Shown piece after piece: positions 38,201-47,775 of a stretch of 64,000 nt of DNA (positions within the stretch are counted from its first letter, which is position 1; every line of letters starts with the position of its first letter). The notes under the pieces were generated by a model. It saw only the letters and a list, made by a program, of their open reading frames with translations. It searched no databases and was not told where the DNA came from. Source of the stretch: Prorocentrum cordatum (lineage: Eukaryota); assembly GCA_963575745.1 (NCBI GenBank), contig CAUYUJ010000248.1:434001-498000 (forward strand), given 5' to 3'. The position numbers were made by a program, and so were the translations under genes.

Positions 38201-40025
38201 GCGCGCCCTGCTACCGGAGCTCCACAAGGGCACCACTGTCAGAATCGTGGTCGGCTACCAGCTCCAGACGGCCATTCTCATGGACGGATGGCCGCAGGGT
38301 CCTCGTCACCTCTCCGGCGTTCTGCGTAACACCAGAGGTGGCGCCAAAGGGCAGCCCGGCAAGGGGAAAGACGGTCCTGGACGCGGTGGTCAGGATATTC
38401 CCGGCCCTGGACAACCCCCCCAAGGCCACTGGGTGGACACTCACCGCTGGCAACAGGTGTTCCGGGAAGACGACAATGCTAACACTGCCATCAGCTCTAA
38501 CTTCCCTGGACTACGTCAGGTGGCGGGCGAGCACATGAGCACTGGGGCTCTCAAACTCACGACAATCGACTCCAGCCAGGGAGGCGAGGCGGACATCGTA
38601 ATAGTGTTAACTGCTCGGAGCAACGGCAGCTACAACTGGGGTTTCGTCGACGACGCCAAGCGCCTGAACGTGGCAATCACCAGGGCCAAGCGGAATATCC
38701 TGACCTTGGGAGACGGTCGCATGTTCGCCAACGCCACATGGTCGCAGCTTCGCGTGCTCTCAGAGCATGGGAGATTGACTCGCCTCTGGGTCCAGTTTCG
38801 TGGCAGCGCCCCCGTGGGCCGCAGGCTCTCCCTGGACATTGACGACAGCTTCGACCCACTCCAGGACCTTGCCGCATGGATTCCCTCGCCCCCTGCCTGG
38901 GGCAGCGTCGCAAAGGGGGAGAACGGACAGAACGACCTGGACCTCGCCAAGAAGAAAGCGCGCGATGCCCAGGCCACCTGCTTCGCCGAGCGGTTCAATG
39001 CACCCCTGGAAGAGAGCTTCGACTGGGACACCCTGGGCAAGCTAATCTCGGGAGGGCTCCGCGATATCCTCTCGACGCCGGCCTTCCACGTGCTCATCTA
39101 CCTTATGTCTGGGCTGCATCCTCACGAGTTCACGTTGGCCAACACACCGCGGGAGCCGGGCATGCTCGACCGCAAGGCTTGGTCGCACCTGGGGTTCTTG
39201 TTTGACATGTCTCTCGGGCTCGACGCGACCAATCTAGTCTACAACACGCTGTGGGCAGCAATGGTTTGGTCGCTCGGCCTAGGCACCCCCTGGAGGGATG
39301 CGAGCTACGCCATTCCCGACGACTCCCTTCCCCCGCTGCCTCACGCCAGCGGCAGGCGTGCAACACTGTGGAAGCGCCGCCAGTGTACCCCCAAAGGGCT
39401 TTTCCGTCAGGTCCCCAAGGTTTGGAGCTCCGCTACCAAGGACTGCTGCAGACACCGGAAGCACCCTGGAATGACCGGGTTGGGAGACATCATCCGGGGG
39501 TGCGGCTCCTCGATGGAAGAGTTCCGTCAGGGACTCTTAGACACCGACGGCCAGCCCATGGATTCCTGCAAGGCCCGCTCGCTTCTGGCGGTCATGATGC
39601 TTATGCTCCGTGAGCCGCGAGTGTTTCTATGGCCTTTCTCTCATGCAGAGCAGGCCGGGGACGTCATCGAAGCGATTCTGGTTTTCTGCGTACCCTGGCA
39701 AGAGGTCCACCAGGATTCCCGAAGCCGGTTCGCCAGTACCTGGAGCCTCACCCTGGAAGACTTGGCCGACCTGCACAGTCGCATCGAGGCAGTGCTACCA
39801 CACATCTCCAAGCTCGTGGCTTTGGCCCATCACCACCCGGCTGCGCAGGAAGCCGGCTGCCCGCAAACCTGGAGCGAGATGGACAGGCAGGACTTCCAGC
39901 TGCAAGCGCCGATGATCGTTCTCGAACGGATCGTCCCGGCAGCAACTCTGACCTGCCTGGACACGGGCGACTGCTCGAGGGTGGATCGTTCAAGCGAAAA
40001 GACGCTCGTTCGAGCGAAAAGGTAA
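35262..40025 (+). CDS. UPF1/DNA2/NAM7-like superfamily-1 helicase, interrupted at 39977 by a nested insertion
   Basis: GPPGTGKT (37221), SNTAVD, VIDEAGQ (37644), LVGDPNQLPP, SIFDRM, YRMHP, TIDSSQGGEAD, RLNVAITRAK (38661). Confidence 0.93.
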   Translation: MPKNNQGPLRRWPSCLPHSDEGPPMRAGTRVFLARFCPWMRWVYFHGGWRHWREICQEPVDDTEHILSAKHYDMSAARYQDGRPDPNTFTTPGNLWCMCGGNPYDATHQVSVTRLAWRGWKPAQPLVTRDGVRSLPGIAIPEDALHVPITYPLWDDPSTYNCPGGTRVEPEKVRSHMMDRRGAAKEGLRQPEDGDGNRMRAKSSIWLPPSPGQAAGSSGVPPPPRPPSHPPPAWSPPCQQRTVQLAEGSETEIEALSPTSPAALEDSLATQAASDVANLYSVPLDSPHSRVHPKAALGELINAVRLPSQWPYSLQDRGQTLRRIAWVESQASVETVDDGRGSTREDLARRGNCALGVRVTRIDANTRMEDLDTFRLRNAMHLPDGKEFLLLEWPSMCKVATRPLERDKESRWLYISVTGPTVDKIADVSVWWPPALGGHIHPRDAQALGLSPSDRYPSNLRIVVYNYGKGGQFHEDETKARRPPSDDLPWHRVDEAPSDIQFWRQCSALDQIYYLRQNPADLFGHQLSPLTYLLAFVHAPRSDRTLANDLGHMRSLGLSLRARAEATLERNVPDADHLQAVEDGTLLQAPPLPQGLKAFSDDEISDTTGSVFQRVRPTPSLDTLHRIIDKHRPNGDATSALRATLNHHAVLLHGPPGTGKTTFSVACLDMWGSCLRPGHAVALAAGSNTAVDQPALAMIEAQRQRRLDQDTGFPDKFVRLARKDRVNEALVDLTPEGHYRNAHGEFPFQDGDKNQGFKPYKASLLRQARIIMSTHEASEALGQKDSPQIVLLVIDEAGQATELHALMSMVNLINSGGTVVLVGDPNQLPPTVLSKLANELGLCVSIFDRMFHALRGQESSVVHLSICYRMHPQLLAFPNAAYYGKGMKSGILDPLRERPIVEGIPWRDIRVWEPERLAKLATLTGSDESDLRATLEPLDPPLSPDKHRFLMVHTPSWEVTSELQPGFANLPEAAQAVDIVRALLPELHKGTTVRIVVGYQLQTAILMDGWPQGPRHLSGVLRNTRGGAKGQPGKGKDGPGRGGQDIPGPGQPPQGHWVDTHRWQQVFREDDNANTAISSNFPGLRQVAGEHMSTGALKLTTIDSSQGGEADIVIVLTARSNGSYNWGFVDDAKRLNVAITRAKRNILTLGDGRMFANATWSQLRVLSEHGRLTRLWVQFRGSAPVGRRLSLDIDDSFDPLQDLAAWIPSPPAWGSVAKGENGQNDLDLAKKKARDAQATCFAERFNAPLEESFDWDTLGKLISGGLRDILSTPAFHVLIYLMSGLHPHEFTLANTPREPGMLDRKAWSHLGFLFDMSLGLDATNLVYNTLWAAMVWSLGLGTPWRDASYAIPDDSLPPLPHASGRRATLWKRRQCTPKGLFRQVPKVWSSATKDCCRHRKHPGMTGLGDIIRGCGSSMEEFRQGLLDTDGQPMDSCKARSLLAVMMLMLREPRVFLWPFSHAEQAGDVIEAILVFCVPWQEVHQDSRSRFASTWSLTLEDLADLHSRIEAVLPHISKLVALAHHHPAAQEAGCPQTWSEMDRQDFQLQAPMIVLERIVPAATLTCLDTGDCSRVDRSSEKTLVRAKR

Positions 40026-40063
40026 TCCGTTCAAGCGAAAACCAACCGAGCGAAAACCAATCC

Positions 40064-40866
40064 AGAGCAGCAGAGAGCAGCAGAGAGCAGCAGAGAGCAG
40101 CAGCAGAACAGCAGAGAGCAGCAGCAGAACAGCAGAGAGCAGCAGCAGAACAGCAGAGAGCAGCAGCAGAACAGCAGAGAGCAGCAGCAGAGCAGCAGCA
40201 GCAGAACAGCAGAGAGCAGCAGCAGAACAGCAGAGAGCAGCAGCAGAACAGCAGAGAGCAGCAGCAGAACAGCAGAGAGCAGCAGCAGAACAGCAGAGAG
40301 CAGCAGCAGAACAGCAGAGAGCAGCAGCAGAACAGCAGAGAGCAGCAGCAGAACAGCAGAGAGCAGCAGCAGAACAGCAGAGAGCAGCAGCAGAACAGCA
40401 GAGAGCAGCAGCAGAACAGCAGAGAGCAGCAGCAGAACAGCAGAGAGCAGCAGCAGAGCAGCAGCAGAGACAGCAGAGAGCAGCAGCAGAACAGCAGAGA
40501 GCAGCAGCAGAACAGCAGAGAGCAGCAGCAGAACAGCAGAGAGCAGCAGCAGAACAGCAGAGAGCAGCAGCAGAACAGCAGAGAGCAGCAGCAGAGCAGC
40601 AGCAGAACAGCAGCAGAGCAGCAGCAGAACAGCAGAGAGCAGCAGCAGAGCAGCAGCAGAACAGCAGCAGAACAGCAGCAGAACAGCAGAGAGCAGCAGC
40701 AGAGCAGCAGAGAGCAGCAGCAGAAGCAGCAGAACAGCAGAGAGCAGCAGAGAGCAGAGAGAGAGCAGTAGAGAGCAGCAGAAGAACAGCAGAGAGCAGC
40801 AGAGCAGCAGCAGAACAGCAGAGAGCAGCAGCAGAACAGCAGAGAGCAGCAGCAGAGCAGCAGAGA
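40064..40866. repeat. 21-bp minisatellite (AGCAGCAGCAGAACAGCAGAG)
   Basis: Seen directly; the + strand is almost T-free. Confidence 0.95.
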
Positions 40867-40876
40867 ATCAGATAGC

Positions 40877-43800
40877 AAAATCATGGTTCCCGCCATCCTC
40901 GGGGCCGCCGTGGGTCCCACGGGCGCCAGCCAGAGCCCGGAACCACGATTTCGGGCTTTTCCGGCCTGGATCTCTCCAAAATCATGGTTCCCGCCATCCT
41001 CGGGGCCGCCGTGGGCCCCAGGGGCGCCAGCCAGAGCTGGGAACCACGATTTCGGGCTTTTCCGGCCGGATCTCTCCAAAATCATGATTCCCGCCATCCT
41101 CGGGGCCGCCGTGGGCCCCAGGGGCGCCAGCCAGAGCTGGGAACCATGATTTCGGGTTTTTCCGGCCTGGATCTCCCCAAAATCATGGTTCCCGCCATCC
41201 TCGGGGCCGCCGTGGGTCCCACGGGCGCCAGCTAGAGCCGGGAACCACGATTTCGGGTTTTTCCGGCTTGGATCTCTCCAAAATCATGGTTCCCGCCGTC
41301 CTCGGCGCCGCCGTGGGTCCCAGGGGCGCCAGCCAGAGCTGGGAACCACGATTTCAGGCTTTTCCGGCCTGGATCTCTCCAAAATCATGGTCCCCGCCAT
41401 CCTCGGAGCCGCCGTGGGTCCCACGGGCGCCAGCCAGAGCTGGGAACCGCGATTTCGGGCTTTTCCGGCCTGGATCTCTCCAAAATCATAGTTCCCGCCA
41501 TCCTCGGGGCCGCCGTGGGTCCCAGGGGCGCCAGCCAGAGCTGGGAACCACGATTTCGAGCTTTTCCGGCCTGGATCTCTCCAAAATCATGGTTCCCGCC
41601 ATCCTCGGGGCCGCCGTGGGCCCAGGGGCGCCAGCCAGAGCTGGGAACCACGATTTCGGGCTTTTCCGGCCTGGATCTCTCCAAAATCATGGTTCCCGCC
41701 ATCCTCGGGGCCGCCGTGGGCCCCAGGGGCGCCAGCCAGAGCTGGGAACCACGATTTCGGGCTTTTCCGGCCTGGATCTCTCCAAAATCATGGTTCCCGC
41801 CGTCCTCGGCGCCGCCGTGGGTCCCAGGGCGCCAGCCAGAGCCGGGAACCACGATTTCGGGTTTTCCGGCCTGGATCTCTCCAAAATCATGGTTCCCGCC
41901 ATCCTCTGGGCCGCCGTGGGCCCCAGGGGCGCCAGCCAGAGCTGGGAACCACGATTTCGGGCTTTTCCGGCCTGGATCTCTCCAAAATCATAGTTCCCGC
42001 CATCCTCGGGGCCGCCGCGGGCCCCAGGGGCGCCAGCCAGAGCTGGGAACCACGATTTCGGGCTTTTCCGGCCTGGATCTCTCCAAAATCATGGTTCCCG
42101 CCATCCTCGGGACCGCTGTGGGTCCCAGGGGCGCCAGCCAGAGCTGGGAACCAAGATTTCGGGCTTTTCCGGCCTGGATCTCTCCAAAATCACGGTTCCC
42201 GCCATCCTCGGGGCCGCCGTGGGTCCCACGGGCGCCAGCCAGAGCTGGGAATCATGATTTCGGGCTTTTCCGGCTTGGATCTCTCCAAAATCATGGTTCC
42301 CGCCATCCTCGGGGCCGCCGTGGGTCCCAGGGGCGCCAGCCAGAGCTGGGAACCACGATTTCGGGCTTTTCCGGCTTGGATCTCTCCAAAATCATGGTTC
42401 CCGCCATCCTCGGGGCCGCCGTGGGTCCCACGGGCGCCAGCCAGAGCCGGGAACCACGATTTCGGGGTTTTCTGGCCTGGATCTCTCCAAAATGATTCCC
42501 GCCATTCTCGGGGCCGCCGTGGGTCCCAGGGGCGCCAGCCAGAGCAAATCATGGTTCCCGCCATCCTCGGGGCCGCCGTGGGTCCTAGGGGCGCCAGTCA
42601 GAGCCGGGAGCCATGATTTCGGGCTTTTCCGATTTCGGGCTTTTCCGGCCTGGATCTCTCCAAAATCATGGTTCCCGCCATCCTCGGGGCCGCCGTGGGT
42701 CCCACAGGCGCCAGCCAGAGCCGGGAACCATGATTTCGGGCTTTTCCGGCCTGGATCTCTCCAAAATCATGGTTCCCGCCATCCTCGAGGCCGCCGTGGG
42801 TCCCAGGGGCGCCAGCCAGAGCTGGGAACCACGATTTCGGGGTTTTCTGGCCTGGATCTTTCCAACATCATGGTTCCCGCCATCCTCGGAGCCGCCGTGG
42901 GCCCCACGGGCGCCAGCCAGAGCCGGGAACCATGATTTCGGGTTTTTCCGGCCTGGATCTCTCCAAAATCATGGTTCCCGCCATCTTCGGGGCCGCCGTG
43001 GGCCCCAGGGGCGCCAGCCAGAGCTGGGAACCATGATTTCGGGCTTTTCCGGCCTGGATCTCTCCAAAATCATAGTTCCCGCCATCCTCGGGGCCGCCGT
43101 GGGTCCCAGGGCGCCAGCCAGAGCTGGGAACCACGATTTCGGGCTTTTCCGGCCTGGATCTCTCCAAAATCATGGTTCCCGCCATCCTCGGGGCCGCCGT
43201 GGGCCCCAGGGGCGCCAGCCAGAGCTGGGATGATTTCGGGCTTCTCCGGCCTGGATCTCTCCAAAATCATGGTTCCCGCCATCCTCGGGGCCGCCGTGGG
43301 CCCCAGGGGCGCCAGCCAGAGCTGGGAACCACGATTTCGGGTTTTTCCGGCCTGGATCTCTCCAAAATCATGGTTCCCGCCATCCTCGGGGCCGCCGTGG
43401 GCCCCAGGGGCGCCAGCCAGAGCTGGGAACCATGATTTCGGGCTTTTCCGGCCTGGATCTCTCCAAAATCATGATTCCCGCCATCCTCGGGGCCGCCGTG
43501 GGCCCCAGGGGCGCCAGCCAGAGCTGGGAACCATGATTTCGGGCTTTTCCGGCCTGGATCTCTCCAAAATCATGGTTCCCGCCATCCTCGGGGCCGCCGT
43601 GGGCCCCACGGGCGCCAGCCAGAGCTGGGAACCACGATTTCGGGCTTTTCCGGCCTGGATCTCTCCAAAATCATGGTTCCCGCCATCCTCGGGGCCGCCG
43701 TGGGCCCCAGGGGCGCCAGCCAGAGCTGGGAACCATGATTTCGGGCTTTTCCGGCCTGGATCTCTCCAAAATCATGGTTCCCGCCATCCTCGGGGCCGCC

Positions 43801-43910
43801 GTGAGTTCCTGGGGCGCCAGACAGAGCCGGGAACCGGAATTTCGGGGGTTTTCCAGCCTCGACCTCTCCAAAATCGTGGTTCCCGCCATCTTCTGGGCTG
43901 CCGTGGGTTC
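40877..43910. repeat. ~101-bp tandem satellite, about 30 copies
   Basis: AAAATCATGGTTCCCGCCATCCTCGGGGCCGCCGTGGG... recurs at 40877, 40978, 41078 and onward. Confidence 0.96.
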
Positions 43911-44004
43911 TTTTCGCGCGCGCGCGCCCAGCGGATTTTTTTCGAACGGCCCGCAGTTTTCGCGCGAATCGATTTCGCGCGGACGGCGGACCCTCCGACT
44001 GCTC

Positions 44005-46188
44005 AGTGTGTGCACTACACGTCGCACTGGCTGGTTCCGACGCCTCCCTCGGTCCCGACGACAGGGTTGCGGGCCTTTCCTACATCGGCGGCGGACTTGC
44101 CTTGTCCCAGTCGACCTCAATGCCCCTCCACCACTGGCTCCGGCCCCGGGCACCAGACTGGACCCTCTGTTCATCCCCGACGAAAGGCTCGCGCTCGAAA
44201 AGAAGAACAACAGATACACGTGCGACAGTTGCGGGAAGGACCACCTGACTGCCGCTGAATGTACCTGGATATCCGACAGCACGCGCCAGATGGTCGCTCA
44301 GAGTAGACCTCAGGCGTACATCAACGGCGCCAACGTGGGCTGGTACTGCGCTGGCTGCTGGATACGTAACCTCGAGGACAATGGCTTCCCTACGCCTGCC
44401 GGAACGAAGCTCACCGACAGAATCAGGGAACATGAGCAGCAGATATCGGGCGCCGGCAACGACAGAGCGAGCGCCCTCCCTTCCCTGGGACTCCTTCCGC
44501 TCGGCTACGGCTGCAGCCCCCTGGCGGACACGAGGCAGTTAGATGACCTCCTCATTGAACCGACGGGCATGAAGATCCCCGAGTGTGCCAATACCACCAT
44601 TCCGATCCTCCGGATCCGGGACGACCGCTTCGGCATCAAAGCCGCTCAGACGCGGACCTACTCCGCGCGGTGCGACACCTGCCCCCAGGGGGCCCCGCTC
44701 CTGGTCTGGGACCCCCGCTCTCCGCCGCTGGGGTGCTTCATATGGAAGCCGGCTGAAGACATAGGAGCTCCCGAGCAACATGGGCTGCCCCCCATCGATA
44801 AGCGTGCCCTGGCCTGGTCGGGGCGCCAATGGAACGCTACTTGGTGCTGCCGGCGCTGTCTGGTCCCGATCTGGAACATAGGCCCGGCCACCCTGGGCCA
44901 CATCCTGGATCGCGACTTCAGGCCGCTGTATCCAGATGAACCTCCGGCCCTTCCCCCGCTCAGCAGCCAGATTGGGTTCAAGGCACCTGTGGACATCGTG
45001 GATTCCCTCCCGTGGCTTGGCGAGGACGCCAAGGCCCAGGACCAATTCACCAAGGTCGGAGCAAGCAATCCCCCTGGACCCAGCCCCACAGGCAGCTCTG
45101 GCGCGGCGCCAGAGATCACCTCCCTGGCAGGGTCCCCGCCATCTGGCGCGTGTTCTGGTGGCGACGACAGGCCAGATACTCCCATGGCGGCCGACACAGA
45201 CAGGTCTCAGGGTTCAGCGGACAACGACTCACGCATGGGCCACCATGACCCGCCCGACGACGACAACGGTGAAGGCGCGGAAGACGGGCTCCCCCTTCAC
45301 AAGATGGAGCCCGACTACGAAGAGGATGAACCCGCCCGTCCTCCCACGCCTTCCGAGTCGGCCCAGGAGGGCGATGATAATCGCTCAGGCGGCGATGCCC
45401 CACAGCGAAGCCCGTCGGCGGGCAGCTCTGACACCAGCCGCGAGGATACCGCGACTTCAGTCGCAGAAGATACGCCCTACGCCGATCGCAGGAGGGCTCC
45501 AGCCCGAGACCCCGCGAGGCACGAGAGGACCAGCGACGGTGGCGGCTCGCGGTACGAGCGCTTTCCCGCGCCCACCCCGACGCCCCCTGAGCGGAGGCCC
45601 CATTACTCTCGCCATACTGGCTCTTCGGAGCAGGACGCACTCAACATGCTGTCCTGCCCTGATGGAGGCGGCCCAATGTACAAAGTCAGGCTGGGCACCG
45701 TCGAACTCGAACGTCCCGACGAGACACCAGCCAGTCGCATATCCAGGCTTCAGTCGCAGCTGGGAGCAGTCTTTTGCGCACTGTGGACAGCGAACACGCA
45801 GCGTACCTTGCTCCCTGGATGGGGGGCGCCCAAGTCCGACCCGAAACTACACATGCCCTCGGATATCATCAACTTCCTAGAGGCCTGGAAGGACTGCGGG
45901 CACGACGCCTACGAGATGAACAGGAGGCTGGGCTATGAGATCGACTGGAACAAGATACGAGCCAACTACCTGCGTCACTCCCAGACAGACGACAGGAGCA
46001 AAGGCGGCTATCGCCACACGGGCTGGCGCGACCGTGCGACAAGTTTCTGGGACACCTGGAGCAGTTGGCAGGGCGAGTGGCGCGACGGATGGCGCGAGGA
46101 CCACTGGCAGACGGGTGGCAAGCGCGGCGGAGGTTACCCTGATGATTGGGATGATCGAGAGGAAAAGAGACTCCGCTGGAGAGACTGA
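44005..46188 (+). CDS. 3'-most element ORF: paired CxxC motifs, acidic linker, W/R/D-rich C-terminus; unknown function
   Basis: Non-satellite part of ORF 43735-46188: CDSC...CAGC and CDTC...CRRC. The start codon in the track lies in the satellite and is artefactual. Confidence 0.65.
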   Translation, partial: SVCTTRRTGWFRRLPRSRRQGCGPFLHRRRTCLVPVDLNAPPPLAPAPGTRLDPLFIPDERLALEKKNNRYTCDSCGKDHLTAAECTWISDSTRQMVAQSRPQAYINGANVGWYCAGCWIRNLEDNGFPTPAGTKLTDRIREHEQQISGAGNDRASALPSLGLLPLGYGCSPLADTRQLDDLLIEPTGMKIPECANTTIPILRIRDDRFGIKAAQTRTYSARCDTCPQGAPLLVWDPRSPPLGCFIWKPAEDIGAPEQHGLPPIDKRALAWSGRQWNATWCCRRCLVPIWNIGPATLGHILDRDFRPLYPDEPPALPPLSSQIGFKAPVDIVDSLPWLGEDAKAQDQFTKVGASNPPGPSPTGSSGAAPEITSLAGSPPSGACSGGDDRPDTPMAADTDRSQGSADNDSRMGHHDPPDDDNGEGAEDGLPLHKMEPDYEEDEPARPPTPSESAQEGDDNRSGGDAPQRSPSAGSSDTSREDTATSVAEDTPYADRRRAPARDPARHERTSDGGGSRYERFPAPTPTPPERRPHYSRHTGSSEQDALNMLSCPDGGGPMYKVRLGTVELERPDETPASRISRLQSQLGAVFCALWTANTQRTLLPGWGAPKSDPKLHMPSDIINFLEAWKDCGHDAYEMNRRLGYEIDWNKIRANYLRHSQTDDRSKGGYRHTGWRDRATSFWDTWSSWQGEWRDGWREDHWQTGGKRGGGYPDDWDDREEKRLRWRD

Positions 46189-47728
46189 ACTCCCTCTCTG
46201 CCCTCGCCGCCCCCCAGTGCCCGCGCCACCACCTGCGCTTCACAACGCGCCACCGCGGCCCTCTGCCGCCCTTTCCCTCAACCTGGGGCAGCTCTGCCTC
46301 CCCCCCCTGAACGGCACCCTCTCTCACCCTTGGCCTCGGGGTGCCGTTCGGTAATACCGTCTGCTCCCTGCGTGACACCGCGCATCCTGCAGACCAACTT
46401 GCCACTGGCATCACTGCCTTTCCCCACCGGTGGCCGACGCCCTCTTGTCACACGCTTCCTCTTTCCCCGCCTTGCTTCACTTCCTGAATTCCAGCGGACG
46501 CTGCCCAGGCCGCGCTGCGGGCCCCTAATCGCGGCGCTCTGCCGCCCTCCACCCGATGCGCGCACCTCCTGCCTTTGGATCCAGGTGCGCGCTTCGGCAA
46601 TACCGTCCACCGCCTCTCCGCAGTGGACTCGCGGCCTCAGGCCCTACTGTAGTTGTCTCACCGCCAGGCCTTCCTGGCTTGTCAGTGGGCCACGGTTCGC
46701 CTGTCCACTGGCTTTCCCCCTGGACTTTCTAACCGAACGAACGGCCTTCCGCGTCACCCTGGACCTTTCAAACAAGCAGCACGGCCTTCCGCCGTCACCC
46801 TGGATCCAATGGCTCTGAGGGACACGTCTCGGGTACAAGGCGTCCTCGTCCCTCTGTGCTAGACGACTCGGTTGGGTATCGCTGGGCCACCTTAGATGTG
46901 CATACTCCTCGGGGTCTGCCGTGCATCGTGCTCTTCTACGCCCTTCCACTCGTCGGATCTGGGCTGTCGCATCTCAGTTGTGGAAGATATTCTTGTCATC
47001 TTGCTCCACACCCTGGATGCGCTTTCTAGCGTTGCGACTGGCTCGCCGTCTGCTTTTTTCCATTGGTCCGTGTTCCCAGTCAGCCTGTGGTACCCTTCAG
47101 GCTCCATGGATCGGTGCCCTCTGGTGCTCCCTTGCTGGACGGCTTCCTACCGCGACCCTGGATCAGTGGCTTTGTGGGACTTGCCTGGGTATACACGGTC
47201 TCGTTCCGCGTGTGCCCTCCGTCTCGTTCTGGACTGCACTGTGACACTGTGGTGTGCACACGCCGCGTTTCGACGGGTAGCGTGCATCAGGTGCCCTTCC
47301 ACCCGGGGGTCTGGGCCGAAACATCTCGGTGTGGTAGTCTTCTCGGAACATGTTCACACCTTGATGCCGTTCTGGCGCCGCGGCTCGCTGCCGCCGTCGG
47401 GATCCTCGCTGGACTTACCTCCCCGTCGTCTGTGCTACCCGACAGGCTGGGGTTGACGTCCTCGGGTCGTTCCCTTGTCCGCACCTGGACGTTGGAACGT
47501 TATCGCGCCATTTTGGCTGCGCTAGGTCGTCTCGGTGCCTACCTCAGGCCCGTTGGACGCACCTGCATGCCCGTTCAGGGGCTGTCATGGCACCTGGATT
47601 GCATCGGCCTCGCCCCCCTGGACGCTGTCGTGAGCCGCCTGATCCGCGGCCCTGCGCGCGTTAGGTAATTTAGTCGCGTCCGCGGCCCGTTCGCGACCTT
47701 CCGCCGCTGGCGCTTCCGCCTGCGGCTG

Positions 47729-47737
47729 TATATATAT

Positions 47738-47771
<34 letters not shown>
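47729..47771 (+). repeat. (TA)n 3' tail of the giant retrotransposon
   Basis: Directly precedes the right TSD. Confidence 0.9.

Positions 47772-47775
<4 letters not shown>

Larger units (their letters stand above)
39977..43995. mobile_element. Non-autonomous TIR DNA-transposon-like insertion (Mutator-like 9-bp TSD) filled with satellites
   Basis: CGACTGCTC is duplicated at 39968-39976 and 43996-44004. The ends are GAGGGT...ACCCTC, with inverted subterminal GCGAAAA / TTTTCGC motifs. Confidence 0.8.
16273..47771 (+). mobile_element. Giant APE/RT non-LTR retrotransposon carrying RING, DNMT, SET-like, RNase H and SF1-helicase domains
   Basis: 13-bp TSD, SL relic at the 5' end, (TA)n at the 3' end, the interrupted host repeat resumes after it, and co-oriented ORFs carry APE and RT motifs. 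Confidence 0.9.

Noticed and set aside
39629..41097. Poly-Gln and Cys/Leu repeat ORFs
   Set aside because: Translations of the 21-bp minisatellite in the nested insertion.
40877..43910. CRISPR-like array
   Set aside because: Head-to-tail 101-bp units with no unique spacers, no cas genes, and a eukaryotic context.
16273..47771. Interpretation as an LTR/DIRS element or endogenous virus
   Set aside because: No LTRs, integrase, tyrosine recombinase or capsid motifs seen. APE plus RT, a simple-repeat tail and a 13-bp TSD indicate a non-LTR element.
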